Assembly: GCA_030044475.1 (NCBI GenBank)
Contig: JASHVP010000086.1
Coordinates: forward strand, 1-37,501
Origin: Thermoplasmata archaeon
GTDB lineage: Archaea; Thermoplasmatota; Thermoplasmata; Lutacidiplasmatales; UBA184
DNA: 37,501 nt
Direction: 5' to 3'
Below the pieces are notes generated by a model. The model worked only from the letters and a program-made list of their open reading frames with translations. It was not told the origin of the DNA and searched no databases. The first letter of the stretch is position 1. Each line of letters opens with the position of its first letter. The position numbers were made by a program, and so were the translations under genes. Positions 26,616 through 33,333 of this stretch are shown in pieces.

Positions 26616-27362
26616 ATGATCGCATGCGCGAACGAAGGGGCGCACGTCCCGGGCCGGGAGACTCGCGCGTGGGCTACCGCCATGCCGCCGTCCGATCTCC
26701 CCGGGAAGGAGACCCCCTCCGTACGACGCGTGTCGATGGAGGACTTCCGACCGGCGCGCTTGCAGGACATTCTCGGTCAGCCCGACGCCATCGCTCGACT
26801 CCTACGGCTGGCCCGGGGGGTCCGGAACGGCTCGATCGTTCCTCCGACGCTCCTGCTGCACGGCCCACCGGGAATTGGTAAGACCACGGCCGTACGGGCC
26901 TTCGCTCGCGAAGTCCTGAGCGACGAGTTCGAGAACAGCTTCTCCGAATTGAAGGCCTTCGACGACCGCAGCCCGCGCCGGATGGCGGAGATCATTCTCA
27001 ATTCCCGTCGCCCGCCGTTGCGCGGTGCGCCGTTCCGGATCATCTTCTTTGACGAGATCGAAACGCTCAGTCCGGAGTCCATGAACGCCCTGCGACCCGC
27101 GGTGGAAGGTGAGGGTGGCACGTCTCTCTACGCCCTCGCCTGCAATGACATTCGTGATGTTCCGAAGCCCTTGCAGTCGAGGTGTACCGTTCTCGAGTTC
27201 CGCCCTGTGAGCCCGGAAGGGATGCGGCAGATTCTCGCTCGGGCGCTGCCGAGAACTTCGTTCCGGCTCGATGATCTGGCGATTGCGTCGATCGTCGAGC
27301 GATGCCACGGTATTCCGCGCGAGGCGATCAAACTCCTTCTCGAAGAGGGTGGTGCGGCCTAG
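26616..27362 (+). CDS. Clamp-loader-clade AAA+ ATPase, RFC small-subunit-like but lacking the C-terminal collar domain
   Basis: 248 aa from ATG 26616, which is preceded by GGGAGGGAG at 26601-26609. Motifs present: FRPARLQDILGQ, Walker A HGPPGIGKTT, Walker B IIFFDEIE, sensor-1 LACN, the SRC motif LQSRCTVLEF and sensor-2 GIPREAIKLL. The ORF ends ~10 aa later. Confidence 0.75.
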   Translation: MIACANEGAHVPGRETRAWATAMPPSDLPGKETPSVRRVSMEDFRPARLQDILGQPDAIARLLRLARGVRNGSIVPPTLLLHGPPGIGKTTAVRAFAREVLSDEFENSFSELKAFDDRSPRRMAEIILNSRRPPLRGAPFRIIFFDEIETLSPESMNALRPAVEGEGGTSLYALACNDIRDVPKPLQSRCTVLEFRPVSPEGMRQILARALPRTSFRLDDLAIASIVERCHGIPREAIKLLLEEGGAA

Positions 27363-27669
27363 AGGCGGTGCGCGCGGGACCTCATCGCGTTCGGTTTCTG
27401 AACGCCGGAGTTCCATCCCACGCTGGAGCGACTGGGGAGGGCCGTCACTACCCGAGGCGAGCCCCCCGGAACCCCCGCGGATTCTCCCGCGAGTGGGATG
27501 GCCCGACCGTCGCCTCTCGCGCGCGGCTCGGTGCGGCGGCCTTGTGCCCTCTCCCATGACGTCGGGTCCCGGAAGCCACTTGCCCCCCCGCGGCAAGCGC
27601 CCTTGCGCCGCAGCGGTATCGAACGACCACCTCGCTCGGGGCAGTCGGAGCCAAGAAGTCTCGCGGGGA

Positions 27670-28587
27670 CTACCTCGGCCGAAACCCGTCCGGCCGAAGT
27701 CCGTCGAACACGACGTACTCCCGACGCCCGACGAGTCGGAATCCCAGTTTCTCCGGAATTCGCCACGAGGCTATGTTCGGTTCGCCCGCCACCCAGACCG
27801 GCGTCAGTCCGGCAGCCCGTAGGTCGGAACAAACGAGGAACGCGGCAGCGCTCGCGAGACCTCGACGTCGTGCCTCGGGCAGTGTCGCCGCGCCCAGATC
27901 GACGTGGAGACCGGCCCACGCCGAGGTGGTGATCGCCGAGACGAGCTTTCCACCGGAAACGGACCCCGCTGCCACCCCATCCGACAGCGTACGAGCCGCG
28001 CTCCCGTGGCCGACGAAGAACGACCTGAAGAGCACGTCGGAACCCTCCACCTCCCGGAGGTCGGCAGCCCCGAGGCGCCGGACCTCGGGCCGGGTGAAAT
28101 TTCGGGGTTCTCCCCCGAGGGAGTAGATGCGTTCGCTGACAATTCGCGAGGGGAGCTCGAGCCTCGGTTCGAGCACCGAGGCCACCTCCCGTCCGATGCC
28201 TGCCTCAACATTGACACAGTCCCATCCGGGAAGGCGAGCGAGCAGGGACCAGAGCGCTTGCACATCGGTGCCCATGGCCATCGGCTCGCGTGGCTCCCCG
28301 AAACCCCGCACCACGGCCATCGCGGGAGCGGCCGGACTGCCGACGGCGTACGACCGACAGAGACCGAACTTGAGTTGACCTGCGGTCAGCGCCGAGAACG
28401 CCGTATCTCCCATCCATCGGAGGAGGGCGATCCGCTCGTCCGCGGTGAGTTCCGCCAACCCGGGTGCCTCGGGCAACACCTTCGACCGTCGAAGCGAACG
28501 GACAATGCGGAGAGCGGAAGAAGGCTGGGATTCGGCGAAGAAGGCGGGGTCGGTGCCAGCGACTCGGACGTCCAGCAGAGGAGCCAC
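27670..28587 (-). CDS. GNAT-family N-acetyltransferase (two-domain, GNAT_acetyltran/FR47-like C-terminus)
   Basis: 305 aa with a GTG start. The C-terminal EARRRGLASAAAFLVCSDLRAAGLTPVWVAGEPNIASWRIPEKLGFRLVG fits the acetyl-CoA-binding core of this GNAT subfamily. Confidence 0.7.
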   Translation of the reverse strand: MAPLLDVRVAGTDPAFFAESQPSSALRIVRSLRRSKVLPEAPGLAELTADERIALLRWMGDTAFSALTAGQLKFGLCRSYAVGSPAAPAMAVVRGFGEPREPMAMGTDVQALWSLLARLPGWDCVNVEAGIGREVASVLEPRLELPSRIVSERIYSLGGEPRNFTRPEVRRLGAADLREVEGSDVLFRSFFVGHGSAARTLSDGVAAGSVSGGKLVSAITTSAWAGLHVDLGAATLPEARRRGLASAAAFLVCSDLRAAGLTPVWVAGEPNIASWRIPEKLGFRLVGRREYVVFDGLRPDGFRPR

Positions 28588-28917
28588 GATGGATGGGACC
28601 TACCGTCGCGGGTGAGTGAGCCGCGCCGGGGAGGCGGTGATGGGAACCGGGGGCGCCCAGGTGGTCGGCGGCGGCCAGTTTTTCCCCCGGCCCGGGTGCG
28701 TCAATACGTCGGCCGAGGAGGCGCCTCCCCACGGTAGCGGCCGGACTCTGCTCCTTCGCTGACCAGCCCGGCTGACCACCGTGGGACCGCGACCAGACGG
28801 GCCGTACGCGACCCCTCGCGCCAGTCATCGCCTCCGGGGAAGCGAGAGATCCCCTCGACTCTCCCGAACGACCTCCCCTTGCATCGTCCCCCAGCCCCTC
28901 TGTCGAGGGGCCCGGTC

Positions 28918-29364
28918 TCATGCCCGACGTTCGTAGTGAAGGAACGACACGTCGCGGACCCAACCTTCGGATTCGTACAGCGATCGTGCTGGATTATCAA
29001 CCGCGGTCTCAAGCGTCAGGTACTCCGCCCGAGTTTCGCGGGCGTACCTCCGGGCCCGTCGGAGCAGCGCCCGTCCCACACCGTTCCGTCGGCAACCGGG
29101 GAGAACGTAGAGGTCGTTCAGCACCCAGATCGGCCGTAGGGAAATGGAGGAGAAGGACGGATAGAGGAGGGTGAAGCCGACCACATCTCCCGCCTGCTCC
29201 GCCAGAAACACGACCGCCTCGCGGCGACGCAGTCGCGAAGCGAGGTACGTACGTTCCCCCGACGGGTTCGGTCGCCGTCGGTAGAATCGCCGGTACGCCC
29301 CGAAGAGAGGAACGAGGCGACCCAGGTCGCCGGCCCGCGCCCGTCGAATTACGAGCGGAGCCAC
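28918..29364 (-). CDS. GNAT-family N-acetyltransferase
   Basis: 148 aa with a GTG start. LYVLPGCRRNGVGRALLRRARRYARETRAEYLTLETAVDNPARSLYESEGW contains the R/QxxGxG/A motif and the terminal YxxxGF/W block. Confidence 0.8.
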   Translation of the reverse strand: MAPLVIRRARAGDLGRLVPLFGAYRRFYRRRPNPSGERTYLASRLRRREAVVFLAEQAGDVVGFTLLYPSFSSISLRPIWVLNDLYVLPGCRRNGVGRALLRRARRYARETRAEYLTLETAVDNPARSLYESEGWVRDVSFLHYERRA

Positions 29365-29471
29365 GCGCGGTCAGCGAACGGGGCCGATTAGGCGTTGCGC
29401 TCGCTACCCCGGGGGATTCGAACTCCTCACGGACCGAGGGATATGTACTAGTTCCCAGCTCGCTGCCCTCG

Positions 29472-32400
29472 ATGACCGTGTCCATCTTGCGGTCGTTCCG
29501 TCCGGCCGTGGCGGGGGTGGTTGCCGGGGTCGTACTTCTCGGAGCCCTGGGCACAGCGGCGATCGGATGGGGGTCGGCCGCCCATCCGTCGTCCGGCGGA
29601 TTCGAGTCTCCACTCGCGCCGAGCCCACTGAGGGCCGGGGGGGCCGCCGGCGTCTACGCGGACTCGAAGTTCGATCAACGGGTCGCCTCGACCGCGACAG
29701 AGCTCCGACAGGCCGGTTTCCCGCCCCAGGACGTCCGGTTGCCGTACGTCGGGACCCCGGCCCGTCTCGTGGACGGGGTGGTCGAGCCGGGGCCGGTGGC
29801 CGCGCTCTCCAATGTGACGCCCTACGCGTCCGCGTCCCCGGCCCCGTCCGGGATTGCCTACTACGGGGAGAGCCAACCGGGATCCACGGTGCAGGCAACC
29901 ACGCTCTACGCGTCGAGCGTCGCAGGAACCCTGACGGTCTCGAAGCTGTCCGCGCTCAGCCTCGATGTCGACACTCCCGGAGTGTGGGGCATCCAGCTCA
30001 ATTCGGTCCTCACGAACGTGACCCTCCAGGGAGGCACGGGCTACCAATTCTGGACCCAGAACGCGGTCGACTATTACGCCGAGAACTCGACGATCAACTT
30101 CGGTGAGGACACCTGGAACTTTTCGTCGGAGGCGGCGTCGGTACCGGTCGGAGGGTCGACGATCGCGGCCCAAAGCCCGAGCGGGGAGTTTGTCGGAGGT
30201 CTTCAGGTCGCGGAAGGTCCGTTCCTTTCCGCGCCGATGCCGTTCTCCTTGGCGCTGTACCTGAACTCGTCCGTGACCGCTTCCGGCGACCAGGAATTGT
30301 GGTTCAACTACACGCTGCTCCCGGCCGGCGGACCGCTCGAGACGGGCAACTACGCCTGGGAGATCTTCAATTCCACCAACCCGTCCCACCCGGGATTCGC
30401 CGCGCTTGCCCCGTTCCAGGCCTCGGGGACGATGCTCGACCCCATCGGAGCCCCGAACGACTTCGAGCTCGACTTCGGAATCGGGGGCTTCAACGGGGCG
30501 AATATCGACGACTTGGCCGCCAACGCGACCGCCACCCTCGACTACTGTCCCTCGGCCACCCCCCTCTGCTCGTCGAGTACCTACCAGTCGGTGCCAGCGG
30601 CGGAGGACTACGGTGGAGAGACCGGCGAGACGTCGGACGGTCTGTCGATCACCTACTCGGGCACCACGGCGACCGCGACCGCCGGCCCGGCCCTCCTGCG
30701 GGGACTCTGGGGGTTCTCGGGCGCGGCCGGGTCGTCGAGCGGATCGACCCCCGTGCGGAACGCCGTGGCCATCGCGGGAGCTCCCGACGGCGGCGGGAGC
30801 GTCCCGTACGTCTTCGTCTTCCTGAACCTGACGACCTCGATCGACACGACCTACGAGTGGGCACCGGACGTGCCCGTGTGGTACTTGGCCCCCGGGACGT
30901 ACCACTACGAGATCGAGCTCGCCGACTACGCCGAGGCGACGGGCACCCTGGTCGTGGGCGGACTCCCGACCCAACTGGCGGTCACCCTTTCGTACCACCC
31001 GGCCTCGGGAGTCTACACACCGCTGTGGGCCCTCAACGACTCCGCGCTCGCCGGGATCTCGACGTCGGGGTCCGGAACGATCTTCGGCCAGTACGAGCTG
31101 TTCAACAATCCGACGTCGGATTGCTCGGACTGCGCGAACGCGTCCGACGGGAACCTCTCGTCGTCGTTCGCGTCGTGGAACGATCTCCTCTACCCGACGT
31201 TCGCGGGCGTGCTCCTGGTCAGCACCGACGCGTACGTGGAGGTCGACCATCCCCCGACGTTCGACGTGTTCGCCGATATCTTCAGTTCGCTCAGTCCCTC
31301 GCTCACCGCCGCGCTCCCGTTCTACCTCCAGATCGAGTTCCTGGGGACGCAGCACGTGACCCTCACGGGCGATGACACCCCCGGCGGTTGGCCCGCGATG
31401 TTCGAGACGCTGACTCTCGCCGGCACGGTCGGGGGCGACCAGGACCTTTTCCCCACCGCGAATGTCGTCGTCTGGAACTCGACGGACGACCTGATCATGT
31501 CGAACGAGTTCGTCGACCCGGGGACCGTCCCCACGTACAGCTCCCTGTGCATTTCGATCTGCGCGGCGGTGAAGTGCAACGACTGTGGCCCGACGGACGG
31601 TCTGCTGCTCTACGGCGGAACGCGGAACACCGTCTGGGGCAACACGTTCGAAGATGCGGAGATGCCCGGGGAGTACACCGGATCGTACGGCGGTCTCGCC
31701 GAGGCCGAGAGCGGCGACCTGATCTACAACAACAACTTCTCCGTCGACAATCCGACGGTCGATCTCCCGTTCGACCTGTACAACGACTCGTGCCCGTTCG
31801 GGTTCGCCGGCGACTGCCTCCCGACGTTCCTGCCGACCTACTCCGACACGTGGAACGTGTCGAACCAGTCGTCCTCGACGGTCAGCGCCTCGGTGAACGG
31901 CTTTCCGCTCTCGGGCAACGTGCTCGGCGCCGGCTGCCCGTTCCAGGGAGGCAACTTCTGGTCGACGTACGGCGACGCCCTCAATCCGACCGGGACGCTC
32001 CCGTTCGTGAACGTCTACAACTACTCCGAGGACCTGCCGATGCTCCCCCCGGGAACCCTCGCCGATCAGGCGGGGATCCGGATCGGCGGGGACGATTTGC
32101 CGCTCACCCGGGGCGGCTGCACGAGCCCCCCACCGTCGACGTATCCGGTCACGTTCTCGCAGAGCGGGCTCCCGTCGGGCACGAACTGGTCGGTCACCCT
32201 GGGCACGACGGTCAACGGGTCGACGCTTCCGACGATCGGGTTCCAGGTGTCGAACGGGACGTATTCGTACGTGGTCGGGGCGGTGGCGGGATACGCCTCG
32301 GCGCCCTCGGCCGGCAACGTCACGGTCCAGGGCTCGGCCGTCTCGGAGTCGATCGTGTTCTCGCCGATCGCCCCGACGTACGGCGTGACGTTCTTCGAGA

Positions 32401-33017
32401 CCGGTCTGCCGGGGGCGACGCTCTGGTACGTGAACTTGACCGGGGCCGGGTCAATCGGGATCGTCGGAGACAGCGCGACGGAGCCGTTCGCGAACGGATC
32501 GTACGGCTACTCGGTGGCCTCGAGCGACAAGGAGTACGCCCCGACGCCGGCGCGCGGTACGTTCTCCGTCCACGGGACCGGGGAGACCGTGAACGTGACG
32601 TTCGTGCCGGTGCTCTACCTCGTGACGTTCACCGAGAGCGGACTCCCGTCGGGGACGCTCTGGTCGGTGGTCTTCCACGGTTCCACGAACTCGTCGGGCG
32701 GGGCGACGATCGGGTTCGTCGTGCCCAACGGCACGTACGGGTACTCGATCGGGGTCGTCGCTGGTTACACGGCCACCCCGCCGACCGGGTCGGTCTCCGT
32801 GAGCGGTCCGGGGACCGTGGTCTCGGCCGCGTACGCCCCGACCTCGACGTCGAGCTCCGGAGGGCGAGGGTTCCTGGGCCTCTCGACCACGGACTGGATC
32901 GGGGTCGTCGGGGGGATCGCGGCCGTGGTGGTCCTCGGCGGGACCGGGGCCTGGGCGATGCGTCGCCGGCGCGAACGCCCTCCGCCGGACGCCGGGACGG
33001 CCTCGCCGCCGCCGTGA
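29472..33017 (+). CDS. Thermopsin-family (peptidase A5) surface protein with a beta-helix-like middle region, three ~80-aa repeats and a C-terminal membrane anchor
   Basis: 1181 aa with an N-terminal signal/anchor (RPAVAGVVAGVVLLGALGTAAIG). Blocks parallel Sulfolobus thermopsin as I recall it: SPAPSGIAYYG, WGIQLNSVL, YQFWTQNAVDYY, GEDTWNFSS, FELDFGIGGFNG. NTVWGNTF and IYNNNFSVDN resemble PbH1 turns. The C-terminal TM is followed by RRRRERPPP. I counted ~27 N-X-S/T sequons by hand. Confidence 0.8.
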   Translation: MTVSILRSFRPAVAGVVAGVVLLGALGTAAIGWGSAAHPSSGGFESPLAPSPLRAGGAAGVYADSKFDQRVASTATELRQAGFPPQDVRLPYVGTPARLVDGVVEPGPVAALSNVTPYASASPAPSGIAYYGESQPGSTVQATTLYASSVAGTLTVSKLSALSLDVDTPGVWGIQLNSVLTNVTLQGGTGYQFWTQNAVDYYAENSTINFGEDTWNFSSEAASVPVGGSTIAAQSPSGEFVGGLQVAEGPFLSAPMPFSLALYLNSSVTASGDQELWFNYTLLPAGGPLETGNYAWEIFNSTNPSHPGFAALAPFQASGTMLDPIGAPNDFELDFGIGGFNGANIDDLAANATATLDYCPSATPLCSSSTYQSVPAAEDYGGETGETSDGLSITYSGTTATATAGPALLRGLWGFSGAAGSSSGSTPVRNAVAIAGAPDGGGSVPYVFVFLNLTTSIDTTYEWAPDVPVWYLAPGTYHYEIELADYAEATGTLVVGGLPTQLAVTLSYHPASGVYTPLWALNDSALAGISTSGSGTIFGQYELFNNPTSDCSDCANASDGNLSSSFASWNDLLYPTFAGVLLVSTDAYVEVDHPPTFDVFADIFSSLSPSLTAALPFYLQIEFLGTQHVTLTGDDTPGGWPAMFETLTLAGTVGGDQDLFPTANVVVWNSTDDLIMSNEFVDPGTVPTYSSLCISICAAVKCNDCGPTDGLLLYGGTRNTVWGNTFEDAEMPGEYTGSYGGLAEAESGDLIYNNNFSVDNPTVDLPFDLYNDSCPFGFAGDCLPTFLPTYSDTWNVSNQSSSTVSASVNGFPLSGNVLGAGCPFQGGNFWSTYGDALNPTGTLPFVNVYNYSEDLPMLPPGTLADQAGIRIGGDDLPLTRGGCTSPPPSTYPVTFSQSGLPSGTNWSVTLGTTVNGSTLPTIGFQVSNGTYSYVVGAVAGYASAPSAGNVTVQGSAVSESIVFSPIAPTYGVTFFETGLPGATLWYVNLTGAGSIGIVGDSATEPFANGSYGYSVASSDKEYAPTPARGTFSVHGTGETVNVTFVPVLYLVTFTESGLPSGTLWSVVFHGSTNSSGGATIGFVVPNGTYGYSIGVVAGYTATPPTGSVSVSGPGTVVSAAYAPTSTSSSGGRGFLGLSTTDWIGVVGGIAAVVVLGGTGAWAMRRRRERPPPDAGTASPPP
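32142..32850 (+). repeat. Three tandem copies of a ~80-aa module (consensus Y-x-V-T-F-x-E-S-G-L-P-x-G-T-x-W-S-V ... N-G-T-Y-x-Y)
   Basis: The copies start at 32142 (YPVTFSQSGLPSGTNWSVTL), 32378 (YGVTFFETGLPGATLWYVNL) and 32626 (YLVTFTESGLPSGTLWSVVF). The same module occurs once in the next surface protein, at 35716. Confidence 0.75.
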
Positions 33018-33042
33018 GGCACGTCGCGTTCGACGCTGGGCC

Positions 33043-33048
33043 TAAATA
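33043..33048 (+). promoter_or_regulatory. TATA box (TAAATA) for the initiator tRNA gene
   Basis: This is the only A/T-rich hexamer in the 55-nt spacer, and it ends 25 nt upstream of tRNA position 1 (33073). That is the classical archaeal spacing. Confidence 0.45.
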
Positions 33049-33072
33049 CCGCACGCCCCTGCCCCGCCTCGC

Positions 33073-33177
33073 AGCGGGGTAGGGTAGTCAGGAAAGCGGC
33101 CGAACGCACGCCGGTCGTCCTGAAATCCCGACGGGCTCATAACCCGTAGATCCATGGTTCAAATCCATGCCCCGCTA
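33073..33177 (+). tRNA. Initiator tRNA-Met (CAT) interrupted by a 30-nt intron in the D-loop
   Basis: 105 nt. Acceptor AGCGGGG/CCCCGCT with A1:T72 and discriminator A. Anticodon arm ACGGG-CTCATAA-CCCGT has three consecutive G:C pairs, an initiator hallmark. T-arm is CATGG-TTCAAAT-CCATG. The D-arm GGGT-AGTCAGGAAA-[30 nt]-TCCC is interrupted, and removing 30 nt (e.g. 33095-33124) gives a normal 75-nt tRNA. Confidence 0.8.
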
Positions 33178-33333
33178 TGTTCCTGGCGGGTCTGGGGATC
33201 CACACGCCCGGCACCGCCAAACTGCGGCAAACCCGTGGGATCCCCCGTCCACGGTCCCGCGCGCCCCCTCGGCGCCGGGGCTCCGGACGACCGGGAACCC
33301 CCCGACGATCCCGTCCGGAAGGCCGGCGGCGAC

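Larger units (their letters stand above)
18951..29440. mobile_element. Composite, decayed genomic island adjoining tRNA-Thr (no integrase retained)
   Basis: G+C drops visibly: 21361-21420 is 20/60 G+C by hand count, against 45/60 for 10021-10080. Codons ending in A/T are more frequent. Direct-repeat copies of the tRNA-Thr 3' end lie at 22087-22109 and, degenerate, at 24112-24142. Further tRNA T-arm fragments lie at 24091-24109, 25465-25485, 25537-25550 and 29405-29428. The cargo is accessory-type. The right boundary is approximate. Confidence 0.55.

Noticed and set aside
28894-28911. GC-rich hairpins after stop codons: GCCCCTC-TGTC-GAGGGGC at 28894-28911, and GAACCCC-CAC-GGGGTTC at 36155-36171
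   Set aside because: They are perfect 7-bp stems just downstream of genes, but no oligo-T tract follows on the relevant strand. Such hairpins arise easily in ~70% GC DNA, so I did not call them terminators.
27670-29364. The two GNAT genes as GNAT-RHH (TacT/AtaT-type) toxin-antitoxin systems
   Set aside because: There is no small RHH/DUF1778-type partner ORF adjacent to either gene. One is a 305-aa two-domain GNAT, which is not toxin-like. The 330-nt spacer between them has no convincing small ORF.
29395-29470. A possible reverse-strand tRNA (GGAGTTCGAATCCCCCGGGGTAGCG)
   Set aside because: The T-stem has a mismatch, and no matching 5' acceptor, D-arm or anticodon arm could be found. It is probably a tRNA remnant marking the island edge. 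The same interval also has to hold the thermopsin promoter.
29448-31375. A 635-aa reverse ORF and a 358-aa forward ORF overlapping the thermopsin-like gene, and similar ORFs (33397..34863 -, 34770..36221 +, 35254..36663 -) over the beta-propeller gene
   Set aside because: They are shadow ORFs. The annotated frames carry the recognisable thermopsin and YVTN motifs and the sequon pattern, while these alternatives are Arg/Gly/Asp-rich with no motifs.
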